Shown: in pieces, positions 49,915 through 59,361 of the stretch
Position numbering within the stretch: position 1 is the stretch's first letter
How the letters are laid out: every line of letters starts with the position of its first letter
From: Longimicrobiales bacterium
Lineage (GTDB): Bacteria > Gemmatimonadota > Gemmatimonadetes > Longimicrobiales > Gaopeijiaceae
Length of the DNA: 64,000 nt
NCBI GenBank assembly: GCA_041690395.1
Contig: JAWLHJ010000006.1
Location: forward strand, 294,530 to 358,529
Direction of reading: 5' to 3'
Made by a program: the position numbers and the translations under genes
The notes under the pieces: generated by a model
Told to the model about the DNA's origin: nothing
Databases searched by the model: none
What the model saw: the letters and a program-made list of their open reading frames with translations, nothing else

Positions 49915-52278
49915 ATGAAGAGGACGGGACGTTGTCTGTTGCTCGCGCTGGCTGCGGTCTGGGCCGCACCGGTAGGCGCGCAGTCGTTTGGGAACTCGGT
50001 CACGGTCGGCGACGGCGAGGTGTTCGTCGGTGAGCCCACGCACGAGATGCGTCCGGGGCTGCTCTACGTCTTCCGTCCGGACGCGTCCGGCGAGTGGACG
50101 CAAGCGCAGCGCCTCGAGGCGTCGGACGGCACGCCCGGCGACCGCTTCGGCATCCGCTCGTTCATCCACGGTGACGAGCTCTACGTGTCCGCCACGCGCA
50201 TCGACGGGGGCACCGGCGCCGTCTATCAGTTCCGGAAGAACGGGAACGACTGGGTCGAGGCCGGCCGGCTCGTGACCGACGACCGCTCGCCCGCCGACAG
50301 CCTCGGCAGCGGACTCGCCGTCCAGGACGACTGGGCCATGGTCGGCACCATCGGGCAGAACGGTGGCCGCGGGGCGGTCTACGCGTTCCGCCGTGACGGC
50401 GACGGTTGGGCGCAGCACTCGAAGATCGCGCCGAGCGACCTCCAGGCCGCCGCCCGCTTCGGGAGCACGGTCGCTCTGTACGACGACTGGGCGCTCGTGG
50501 GCGCCCCGGCCAGCGCCGACCAGCAGGGCGCCGTCTATGCGTTCCGCTACAACGCCGCGAACGACAGCTGGCAGGCCCGCGGACGCCTCCAGGCGCCGGG
50601 CCTCCAGGCCCAGACCGCCATGGGGAGCGACATCGCGCTCCACGACGGCGTCGCCCTCGTCACCGCGCCGGGCTTCCTCCAGGGGATGGGCACGGTATTC
50701 GCCTACCAGCTCACCGACGACGCCTGGGAGCTGACGGCCATGCTGTCGCCGTTCCAGATGGAGCCGGGCGGCCAGTTCGGCTCGTCGCTGAGCTTCGACG
50801 GCACGACGGCGTTCATCGGGTCGCCGGGCGCGTCGTCCGGCGAGGGCCGGGTGTACGCCTTCCAGCGTGGAGACGACGGCGACTGGTCGGTCGCGCGCCG
50901 TGTCGGCACCGAGGGGCTCACCTCCCAGGACTTCTTCGCGGCGACGGTCGACATGTCGGGTGACGTGGCGGTCGCCGCTTCGCTCGGCGAGGACTACGGA
51001 GCCGGCGCGGCCTATGTGCTCGAGCGCTCGGGCGACGCCTGGCAGACGGCGAGCCGCATCACGGGCGAAGTGATCGGCATGGCTGCCGTCACCGGTGACG
51101 AGGTGCAGTGCTCCGAGGACGGCGATGCCGTCGGCTTCGAATGCTCGTCGGTCGACCTGGTGTCGTTCCTCCCGCTCGGCGAGATGGGGGCGAACCGCGG
51201 CGTGCGCGCGAACGACGTCTGGGGATGGACGGACCCCGAGACGGGGCGCGAGGTCGCCCTCGTGGGCATGACCGACCAGACCGTCTTCGTCGACGTCAGC
51301 AACCCGGGCAACCCGGTCTACCTCGGCCGTCTGCCGAAGACCGAGGAGGCCAACGGCTCGACCTGGCGTGACATGAAGGTCTACTCGGATCACATGTACG
51401 TCGTGTCCGACGGCGCGGGACCGCACGGCATGCAGGTCTTCGACCTCACGCGGCTCCGGGGGCTCGACGGTTCCGACCCGCAGACGTTCGAGGTCGACGC
51501 GCTCTACGACCGCATCAACAGCGCGCACAACATCGTGATCAACGAGGAGACCGGCTTCGCCTACGCGGTCGGCGCGAGCGCCGGCGGCGAGACGTGCGGC
51601 GGCGGCCTTCACATGATCGACATCCGGAGCCCGAAGGAGCCGACGTTCGCCGGCTGCTTCCAGGACACCTCGACCGGCCGTCAGCGGACCGGCTACTCGC
51701 ACGACGCCCAGTGCGTGGTCTACCGCGGTCCCGACGAGGACCATCAGGGCAAGGAGATCTGCTTCGGCTCGAACGAGACCGCGCTCTCCATCGCCGACGT
51801 CAGCGACAAGGCGAACCCGGTGGCGCTCTCGACCGCCACCTACCCGAACGTCGCCTACTCCCACCAGGGATGGGTCTCGGAGGACCACGCCTGGTTCTTC
51901 ATGAACGACGAGCTCGACGAGACCGGCGGCGGCGTTCCGAACACCCGGACGCTGGTGTGGGACATCTCGGACCTGGACGACCCGATCCTCGCGAACGAGT
52001 ACTTCCACGAGACCCGGGCCATCGACCATAACCTGTACGTGCTCGGGAACACGATGTACCAGTCGAACTACACGAGCGGCCTCCGGGTCCTCGACGTGTC
52101 CGACCCGGCGAACCCGCAGCCCGTGGGCCACTTCGACACCGTCCCTTACGGGGGTGACCAGGCCGAGTTCAACGGCTCCTGGTCGAACTACCCCTACTTC
52201 GAGAGCGGCGTCGTCATCGTCACGAGCCAGCGGGAGGGCCTCTTCCTGGTCCGGTACCGCCCGCGCTCGGTGTCCTGA
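49915..52278 (+). CDS. choice-of-anchor B family protein with N-terminal FG-GAP-like repeats
   Basis: signal peptide; FGS.V..GAP repeats; NDVWGWTDP, WRDMK, SAHNI, YSHDAQC, HQGW, DELDE, DHNLY, GSWSNYPYF. Confidence 0.88.
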   Translation: MKRTGRCLLLALAAVWAAPVGAQSFGNSVTVGDGEVFVGEPTHEMRPGLLYVFRPDASGEWTQAQRLEASDGTPGDRFGIRSFIHGDELYVSATRIDGGTGAVYQFRKNGNDWVEAGRLVTDDRSPADSLGSGLAVQDDWAMVGTIGQNGGRGAVYAFRRDGDGWAQHSKIAPSDLQAAARFGSTVALYDDWALVGAPASADQQGAVYAFRYNAANDSWQARGRLQAPGLQAQTAMGSDIALHDGVALVTAPGFLQGMGTVFAYQLTDDAWELTAMLSPFQMEPGGQFGSSLSFDGTTAFIGSPGASSGEGRVYAFQRGDDGDWSVARRVGTEGLTSQDFFAATVDMSGDVAVAASLGEDYGAGAAYVLERSGDAWQTASRITGEVIGMAAVTGDEVQCSEDGDAVGFECSSVDLVSFLPLGEMGANRGVRANDVWGWTDPETGREVALVGMTDQTVFVDVSNPGNPVYLGRLPKTEEANGSTWRDMKVYSDHMYVVSDGAGPHGMQVFDLTRLRGLDGSDPQTFEVDALYDRINSAHNIVINEETGFAYAVGASAGGETCGGGLHMIDIRSPKEPTFAGCFQDTSTGRQRTGYSHDAQCVVYRGPDEDHQGKEICFGSNETALSIADVSDKANPVALSTATYPNVAYSHQGWVSEDHAWFFMNDELDETGGGVPNTRTLVWDISDLDDPILANEYFHETRAIDHNLYVLGNTMYQSNYTSGLRVLDVSDPANPQPVGHFDTVPYGGDQAEFNGSWSNYPYFESGVVIVTSQREGLFLVRYRPRSVS

Positions 52279-52283
52279 CGAGG

Positions 52284-54164
52284 ATGGCGGAGCCAGTGCG
52301 TAGCACGCAGGACACGCACAGGAGGATGAGGGGGGGAGCGTCGCCGTTCGCGGCGGCGCTCCTTTCGTCGCTCGTGCTCCTTGCGGGATGCGCGGGTGGC
52401 GCCGGCGAGACGGCCGGGCCGAGTCCGGCCTCCGGGTCGGAAGGCGGCTTCACGTACGACGTGGCTCCGTTCACCGTCGTCGGCGAGGACGGGACCCCGT
52501 ATGAGCACCCGTTCCTCGGGGGATACAACCTCCCCCGACCCCAGCTCGTGGACATCGACGGGGACGGAGACCTGGACCTCTTCGTGCAGGAGGAGTCGGG
52601 CAAGGTCGTGTTCTTCGAGCACGTCCATGACGGGCAGCCGCGCTTCCAGTGGCGCACGAACGAGTACCGCGGCCTCGACATCGGCGAATGGTTCCGGTTC
52701 GTCGACTTCGACGGGGACAGCGTTCCCGACCTGCTCGCGGAGCGCCCCTACAGCTACGTGCGGTACTACCGGAACGTCGGTACCGCCGCCGAGCCCCGCT
52801 TCGAGGCGGGCGCGGACAGCCTGCGGGACGCCTCGGGCACGGCGATCTTCTCGGATCGGCAGAACATCCCGAACGCCATCGACATCGACTGCAACGGGCG
52901 CATCGACCTCATGGTCGGACGGTTGACCGGGACCATCACGCGGTATCAGGAGATCGCGATGGGCGAGGACGGAGCCCCGCGCTTCGAGCTCGTGACCGAC
53001 CGGTTCGAGGACATCGAGATCGTCGCGCAGTTCGGGAGCATGCATGGCGCGAACACCATGGCGTTCGGGGACATCGACGGCGACGGCGACAACGACCTCT
53101 TCTGGGGAGACTTCTTCGAGGCGGGTATCCTGCTTCTGGAGAACACCGGGACCTGCCAGTCCCCGTCGTACCGGAGCACGCCCCGGCCCTTCCCGCTCGA
53201 CGATCCGCTCCTCACCAGCGGCTACAACGCGCCTACGGTCGGCGACGTGGACGGAGACGGGCTCCCGGACCTGGTCGTGGGGGTGCTCGGCGGCGCGTTC
53301 AACCCCAACTCGACCAGCATCGACAACCTGCACTATCTCCGGCAGCGCCCGGACGGCACGTTCGACCACGTCACCTCGCGCCTCGTCTCGATGATCGACG
53401 TCGGCAGCGAGAGCATGCCGGTGCTCATCGACATCGACGGAGACGGAGACCTGGACCTCCTGATCGGCAACAAGATCGACCAGGACGACACTCAGAACGG
53501 GAGCCTCACGGTCTACCTGAACGAGGGGACCCCGACGAACCCGAGCTTCCGCCATTTCGGCCGCCTCGATGTGGGCGGTGGCTACCACCCATCCCCGGCC
53601 TTCGGGGACCTGAACGGCGACGGGCTACCGGACGTCGTGCTGGGCACCTGGTCGGACGAGCTCCGGCTCCTCCTCAACGACGGCACCGACCCGCTGACGC
53701 TGACGGTGACCGATTCCGTCATCGCACGGATCCCGAGGGGCCGCAACACGACCCCGACGCTGGGCGACCTCGACGGCGACGGCGACCTCGACCTCCTCGT
53801 GGGCGAGAGCTCGGGGACCATCAATTACTTCGAGAATGTCGGCACGCCCCTGACTCCCGAGTTCGAGCTCGTGACCGAGAACTTCGCGGACATCGAGGTG
53901 GGCCGCCGGAGCGTGCCTCTGCTGCACGACCTGGACGGGGACGGGCTGCTCGACCTGCTGGTCGGGTCCGAAGAGGACGGCGTGCTCGTCTTCCGGAATG
54001 TCGGAACCCGAACCGAACCCGAGTTCGTCCCCGACGGATCGCTACCGGTACCGATCCACGGCCTGGCGGCGCCGGCGCTGGGCGACGTCGACGGCGACGG
54101 CGTGGACGACCTGATGCTCGGGGGGATCGGCGGCGGCTTGCTGTTCTACCGGGGAGGGCGGTGA
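52284..54164 (+). CDS. FG-GAP/VCBS repeat lipoprotein; start may be 52326
   Basis: lipobox LLAGC; about ten DxDGDG-type Ca-binding motifs. Confidence 0.88.
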   Translation: MAEPVRSTQDTHRRMRGGASPFAAALLSSLVLLAGCAGGAGETAGPSPASGSEGGFTYDVAPFTVVGEDGTPYEHPFLGGYNLPRPQLVDIDGDGDLDLFVQEESGKVVFFEHVHDGQPRFQWRTNEYRGLDIGEWFRFVDFDGDSVPDLLAERPYSYVRYYRNVGTAAEPRFEAGADSLRDASGTAIFSDRQNIPNAIDIDCNGRIDLMVGRLTGTITRYQEIAMGEDGAPRFELVTDRFEDIEIVAQFGSMHGANTMAFGDIDGDGDNDLFWGDFFEAGILLLENTGTCQSPSYRSTPRPFPLDDPLLTSGYNAPTVGDVDGDGLPDLVVGVLGGAFNPNSTSIDNLHYLRQRPDGTFDHVTSRLVSMIDVGSESMPVLIDIDGDGDLDLLIGNKIDQDDTQNGSLTVYLNEGTPTNPSFRHFGRLDVGGGYHPSPAFGDLNGDGLPDVVLGTWSDELRLLLNDGTDPLTLTVTDSVIARIPRGRNTTPTLGDLDGDGDLDLLVGESSGTINYFENVGTPLTPEFELVTENFADIEVGRRSVPLLHDLDGDGLLDLLVGSEEDGVLVFRNVGTRTEPEFVPDGSLPVPIHGLAAPALGDVDGDGVDDLMLGGIGGGLLFYRGGR

Positions 54165-55114
54165 CCTCCGGGTCCGCCCCCACGTCGCTCCCGCCTCCCG
54201 CTTCCCCGTCCATCGGCTTCGTCGACGCGGGGCGGCTCGGCGCCAGCCTCGCCAAAGCGCTCGGGCGAGCCGGCTTCCCGGTCGTCGCGGTGAGCAAGCG
54301 CGATCGCGCGGCCGCCGTCTCGCTGGCCGCTCGGATCGGTGGGGCCGGGCTCGGCGCCGACACACCCGGTACCGACACGCTCGGTACGGACGACCCGGCG
54401 GAAGTCGTGGGCGCGGCCGACGTCGTCTTCCTCACCTGCGTCGACGACCGGATCGGCGAGCTCGCCCGCACGCTCCCCTTCCGCCGGGACCAGGTGGTGC
54501 TGCACTGCTCGGGGGCGACCCCCGTCTCCGTGCTGGACCCCGCCACCGAAGCCGGCGCCGTCACCGGCGGCTTCCACCCGCTCCAGACCTTCCCGGACGG
54601 GAACGCGGAGGATCGCTTCCGCGGCGTGACGTTCGGTGTCGAGTCCGACGACGCGAGCCTCCTCGCGTGGCTCGAAAACCTGGCCGCCCGGCTCGGCGGG
54701 ACGTCGGTCCGGCTCGACGCGGCGTCGCGGCCCCTCTACCACGCATCCGCCGTCATGGTGGGGCCGCTCACGAGCGCGCTGGCCGGACTCGCTGGAGAGT
54801 TGTGGCAGGCGCTGGGCGTGGACCGTGAGACCGGTGTGCGCGCTCTCGCCCCGCTTCTCGAGGCGACGGCGCGGCACGTGGGCGAGCACGGGATACCGGC
54901 CGCGCTGACGGGTCCCTACGCCCGGGGCGACGTGGGACCGGTTCGGTCCCATGTCGAGGCGCTGGGGTCCTTTCGTCCGGAAACGCTGCGTGCGTACGCC
55001 GCGCTGGCCCTCGCGCAGCTTCCTATCGCGGCGGAGCGTGGCAACATTCCTGAAGATCGGATGCGCGAGCTCCGCACGCTCCTCGAAGAAGCGCTCGCCG
55101 CAACCCGGTCCTGA
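54161..55114 (+). CDS. Rossmann-like + DUF2520 protein (PanG-type ketopantoate reductase candidate)
   Basis: GTG overlaps the upstream stop; AGRLG, HCSGA, HPLQTF, YHASAV, LTGPYARGD; directly upstream of panB. Confidence 0.85.
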   Translation: MTSGSAPTSLPPPASPSIGFVDAGRLGASLAKALGRAGFPVVAVSKRDRAAAVSLAARIGGAGLGADTPGTDTLGTDDPAEVVGAADVVFLTCVDDRIGELARTLPFRRDQVVLHCSGATPVSVLDPATEAGAVTGGFHPLQTFPDGNAEDRFRGVTFGVESDDASLLAWLENLAARLGGTSVRLDAASRPLYHASAVMVGPLTSALAGLAGELWQALGVDRETGVRALAPLLEATARHVGEHGIPAALTGPYARGDVGPVRSHVEALGSFRPETLRAYAALALAQLPIAAERGNIPEDRMRELRTLLEEALAATRS

Positions 55115-55165
55115 CGACGGCCCCGAGCGGGGCCCCGGTCGCGAATCCCCACAGGGAAAATCGAT

Positions 55166-56023
55166 TTGTCCCCCCAACGAACCACGCTCCGCGACGTACG
55201 ACGGCTCCTCGATTCGGGCACCCCGATTCCGATGGTGACGGCCTACGACTATACCTCGGCGCTCCTCGCGGACCGCGCGGGCATCCCGATGATCCTGGTC
55301 GGCGACAGCATGGCGCAGACGATGCTCGGCTTCGAGGACACGCTGCCCGTCACCGTCGACGACATGGTGCGGCACACGGCCGCGGTGGTCCGTGGCACCG
55401 AGAAGGCGTTCGTCGTGGCGGACATGCCCTTCATGAGCTATCAAGCGAGCACCGCGGACGCGCTGAGGAACGCCGGTCGGTTGCTGAAGGAGGGCGGCGC
55501 CCAGGCCGTGAAGCTCGAAGGCGGCGGCGCCGCCGCGATCGAGACGGTACGGGCTCTGGTCGACGCAGGCGTCGCGGCGATGGGACATCTCGGACTCACA
55601 CCGCAGTCGGTCCATCAGCTCGGCGGTTACGGCGTCCAGGGGAAGACGTCGGCGGCTGCGAGCGCGCTGATCGACGCCGCCATGGAGCTCGAGAAGGCGG
55701 GCGCGTTCGCGCTCGTGCTCGAGCTCGTGCCCGCGGAGCTCGCGAGGGAGGTATCCGAGCGACTCACCATTCCCACCATCGGGATCGGCGCCGGCGCGGG
55801 CTGCGACGGCCAGGTTCAGGTATGGCACGACCTCCTCGGCCTGTCCGTGGACTTCACCCCCCGACACGCGGCCAAATACGCGGAAGTCGGCGCCACCGTG
55901 CTCGACGCGCTGCGCCGTTGGGCGGACGACGTCCGCGCCCGGCGCTTTCCGACGGACGCCGAGACCTCGCACCTGAAAGAGCCCCTGGATCTCGGGTCGA
56001 AGACCCTCACGCCGCCCGACTGA
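55166..56023 (+). CDS. panB: 3-methyl-2-oxobutanoate hydroxymethyltransferase
   Basis: TAYDY, LVGDSM, ADMPFMSY, KLEGG, GHLGLTPQS, GIGAG..DGQVQVWHDLLG. Confidence 0.96.
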   Translation: MSPQRTTLRDVRRLLDSGTPIPMVTAYDYTSALLADRAGIPMILVGDSMAQTMLGFEDTLPVTVDDMVRHTAAVVRGTEKAFVVADMPFMSYQASTADALRNAGRLLKEGGAQAVKLEGGGAAAIETVRALVDAGVAAMGHLGLTPQSVHQLGGYGVQGKTSAAASALIDAAMELEKAGAFALVLELVPAELAREVSERLTIPTIGIGAGAGCDGQVQVWHDLLGLSVDFTPRHAAKYAEVGATVLDALRRWADDVRARRFPTDAETSHLKEPLDLGSKTLTPPD

Positions 56024-56024
56024 C

Positions 56025-56858
56025 ATGCGCTTCGTCACCACGGTCGACGAGATGCGACGGGCCCGAGCCGAGCTCCCCGGACCCGTGGCCATGATGGCCA
56101 CCCTCGGCGGCATGCACGCGGGCCACGAGGCACTCCTGGAGCGGGCCGGCGTCGAAGGGGACTCGGTCGTCGCGTCGCTCTTCCTCAACCCCACGCAGTT
56201 CGACGATCCGTCCGACCTCGAGCGGTATCCCGCGGACCGTGCAGCGGACCTGGAGATCTTCGCCCGGCACGGCGTCGACGTCGTGTTCGCTCCGACGGTC
56301 GAGGAGATGTATCCGGACGGCGCGTCGACGACGGTCGACCCGGGACCGATCGCCACCGTCCTCGAAGGGGCGCATCGCGCGGGGCACTTCAAGGGCGTGG
56401 CGACGGTCGTCACCAAGATCCTCACCGTCATACGCCCGGACGTCGCCGTGTGGGGCGCCAAGGACGCGCAGCAGAACGTCGTCATCCGGCGCGTCGCGCT
56501 CGACCTGAGAATGTCCGTGCGACACGTCGTAGTTCCGACCGTGAGGGCTCCCGACGGCCTGGCCCTCAGCTCCAGGAACCGCCACCTGTCGGACACCGAG
56601 CGGGCCCAGGCCACGTGGCTGTATGAAGGGCTGTGTCGGGCGGTCGCGCTGTGGGAAGAGGGTGAGCGGAAGGCGGACGCGCTGAGAGAAATCGTGGAAG
56701 AGACGCTGGCACGGCGCGACCGCGTCGCGGTGGAGTACGTGAGCCTCGCGGACCCGGACAGTCTCGCCGAGCTCGAGGAGGGCCGTCCGGGTGCCCTCTT
56801 GAGCCTCGCCGCCCGAGTCGGAGGGACCCGCCTCATCGACAATGTCACGCTGCCGTAA
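56025..56858 (+). CDS. panC: pantoate--beta-alanine ligase
   Basis: TLGGMHAGH, NPTQF, RAGHFKGV, KDAQQ, DGLALSSRN, RLIDN. Confidence 0.95.
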   Translation: MRFVTTVDEMRRARAELPGPVAMMATLGGMHAGHEALLERAGVEGDSVVASLFLNPTQFDDPSDLERYPADRAADLEIFARHGVDVVFAPTVEEMYPDGASTTVDPGPIATVLEGAHRAGHFKGVATVVTKILTVIRPDVAVWGAKDAQQNVVIRRVALDLRMSVRHVVVPTVRAPDGLALSSRNRHLSDTERAQATWLYEGLCRAVALWEEGERKADALREIVEETLARRDRVAVEYVSLADPDSLAELEEGRPGALLSLAARVGGTRLIDNVTLP

Positions 56859-57010
56859 CGGGTCCGTGCCAATGTGACCCGCACGCTTTGCGACGAGTGG
56901 TCCTCGGGCCCTCGGAGCCAGGGAGCTTTGCCACGCGAGGCGGCGCGGGATATCATGAAGCCATCGAACAGTTCGCGAGCGCGCATCCCCCCCCTCGAAG
57001 TGCGGCCGCA

Positions 57011-58249
57011 GTGACCCCTGAATCATTCCTGGCCCTGACGGCCCGGAACCCGAACCCGTCTTTCCTCCTCACGCAGGAGGGCGTCGTGCTGGCGGCCAAC
57101 GGCAGCGGATCGGCGGTGCTGGGGTGCACGAGCCTGTGCCGCGGTGAGGGCATCCAGCTGGCTCGATACCTCGAGGGGACGGCCGATGCCTCTTCAGCCG
57201 CCGCATTTCCTGAGCTGATGCGTGCGTGGGCCTCCGCGGGCCTCCCGCTGAGCCGACCCGTTCGCTTCCGCCCGCCCGACGGCCGCGTCGTACAATGCAG
57301 AGCCGAAGGGCTCGCCGTCACGAGCCCGACCGCCGAGGGGCTTCCCCGCGTGCTCTTGCATCTCGTGCCGGCCGTGGGGAATGGGGCGCTCTCTCCGCAC
57401 GTGGATCCGCGTGGACAGGCGTCGCCGCCGACCACGAGGCTGGGCACGTCGGAGGCCACGGACCCGACCGCAGCCGCTCCCCAAGCACTGGCCGCGCCCC
57501 CCGCCACTCCCGCCGAGTCCCCCGCCACGAAGCCGGTCGGCAAGATGGAGGCGATGGGGAACCTGGCCGCGGGGATCGCGCACGACTTCAACAACCTCCT
57601 CACCGTCATGAAGGTCGAGGTCGAGCTGGTCCTCGAGGACGACAGCGTGCCGGCGCTCGCGGTCGACTCCCTGCTTTCCGCGCACGCCGCGATGCTCAGG
57701 GCCGAATCGTTGGTCGATGGCCTCCTGGCGTTCTCACGCCGTCAGCTCGTCCACACCGCCCAGACCGATCTCGGAGGGCTTCTGGAGCAGGCCATCCCGC
57801 GGGCTCGGGCGATCCTGGGCGACACGGAGCTCGTCGTCGAGCGGACGACCGAACCCCTCCCCCTCCTCGTCGACGCCGAGCAGATGGAGATCGTGCTCCT
57901 CGCGCTCGTCCGGAACGCCATGGAAGCGTCGGATGACGGGAGCCAGATCGCGATCCGCACACGCCGGGAGACGCTCGACGACACCTTCGTGGAGGAGAAC
58001 GAGGGATCGCGGCAGGGCGAGTACGCGGTGCTCGAGGTGGAGGATCACGGCACCGGGATCTCGCCGGATGTGGAGGAGCGCATGTTCGAGCCGTTCTTCA
58101 CCACCAAGGGCCGGGGATACGGCCGCGGGCTCGGGCTCGCGCAGGCCTTCGGCATCGTGAAGATGCTCGGAGGCTACCTGAAGGTCGTGACGTCGGTCGG
58201 CGAAGGCTCGCGCTTCATCGTGTACCTGCCCCTGCACGACGACTCCTGA
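57011..58249 (+). CDS. PAS-like sensor histidine kinase without receiver domain; start uncertain
   Basis: LAAGIAHDFNNLLT, LVRNAMEA, EDHGTGI, FEPFFTTK, GRGLGL. Confidence 0.88.
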   Translation: MTPESFLALTARNPNPSFLLTQEGVVLAANGSGSAVLGCTSLCRGEGIQLARYLEGTADASSAAAFPELMRAWASAGLPLSRPVRFRPPDGRVVQCRAEGLAVTSPTAEGLPRVLLHLVPAVGNGALSPHVDPRGQASPPTTRLGTSEATDPTAAAPQALAAPPATPAESPATKPVGKMEAMGNLAAGIAHDFNNLLTVMKVEVELVLEDDSVPALAVDSLLSAHAAMLRAESLVDGLLAFSRRQLVHTAQTDLGGLLEQAIPRARAILGDTELVVERTTEPLPLLVDAEQMEIVLLALVRNAMEASDDGSQIAIRTRRETLDDTFVEENEGSRQGEYAVLEVEDHGTGISPDVEERMFEPFFTTKGRGYGRGLGLAQAFGIVKMLGGYLKVVTSVGEGSRFIVYLPLHDDS

Positions 58250-58295
58250 CCCACCCTCCGACGCGTGGCCGCCACGCTCCCGGAGGCCCGAACCC

Positions 58296-59144
58296 TCACC
58301 CCATGTGCTCGACCAGCAGCTCGTGGAGCGCCTCGGGGTCGTCCGCGTTGACCCAGTGACCACCGCTCACACGGTGGAGCCGCACCCGTCCCCCGGTCGC
58401 TTCGCCGGCCCGCTCCACCCGCCCGCAGGACGCCTCGTCCAGAACGCTCGACTCCGCCGCCTTGATCACGTGGATAACCGAAGAGCCCGGCGGGCTCTCG
58501 ACCACCGGCCAGGCATCCGTCTCGAAGAAGTCACGTAGCAGCGCCTCCATGCCATCGGCGTCGAGCCGCCAGACGAGCTCGTCTCCGCCGCTCGTCGGCA
58601 CGAGATTGGTCGCCATCCACTGCGCGACCGGCTTCGGAAAACCGGACTCCTGGACGGCGGCGATGCCCGCCGCGCGGTCCTCGAATGGTCCCGGATTCCG
58701 GCGGAGCACCTCCAGCATGGTCCAGGCACTCCCGTCGGGCTCCCGCTCGGACGGCGTGGAGTCGACCACCCACAACCGTTCCGGAACGGGCACCGGACCC
58801 GTCCCTCTCCGGGAGAGTGCGGCGTCACGCAAGTACACGAGCGCGACCTTGCCGCCGAACGAATGCCCGAGCACCGCGTCGGCCGTGATCCCTGTGTGCT
58901 CGACGAGACGCTTCAGATCGTCGGCGCACGCCTCGAGGGTGTGCGGCGGCGCGAACCCCATCGAGTCCCCGTGGAGCCGGAGGTCGACGAGCATCGCGCC
59001 CCACTCCGGACGCGCACGCACGAACCGGCGTGCGACCGAGGCCCAGTTGCGGCCCGCGCCGTAGATGCCGTGGAGTACGAACAGCCAGCGCTCGGGCTCG
59101 GCGTCGGGAGCGGTGATGCGGTCGTGCGCGAGGATCGGGGACAT
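58296..59144 (-). CDS. alpha/beta hydrolase (YbfF/ABHD11-like)
   Basis: LHGIYGAGRNW, DLRLHG, GHSFGGKV, GHWV. Confidence 0.9.
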   Translation of the reverse strand: MSPILAHDRITAPDAEPERWLFVLHGIYGAGRNWASVARRFVRARPEWGAMLVDLRLHGDSMGFAPPHTLEACADDLKRLVEHTGITADAVLGHSFGGKVALVYLRDAALSRRGTGPVPVPERLWVVDSTPSEREPDGSAWTMLEVLRRNPGPFEDRAAGIAAVQESGFPKPVAQWMATNLVPTSGGDELVWRLDADGMEALLRDFFETDAWPVVESPPGSSVIHVIKAAESSVLDEASCGRVERAGEATGGRVRLHRVSGGHWVNADDPEALHELLVEHMG

Positions 59145-59361
59145 GCGGCTCGTGAGCGGGGGACGGCCCGGCGGCCGACCGGTTCGGCCCGGGCGCCCGC
59201 AAGGTGCCTGAACCGAACCGGCGAATCAATCGGGCCGCACCGGCGGGCGTCGAATCGGAGCCGCCGGACTCCTCCACGTGGCGGACGAGTCGCCGCTACT
59301 GCGTTCTAAGGGGTACACCGCGCCCCGTGGGGACACACGTCCGAACACCGGCTCACCGATC

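Noticed and set aside
49507..56986. Very long antisense ORFs (874 aa and 946 aa) and similar shadow ORFs across the window
   Set aside because: Expected in high-GC DNA with strong third-position bias; no recognisable motifs, and they lie opposite well-supported genes
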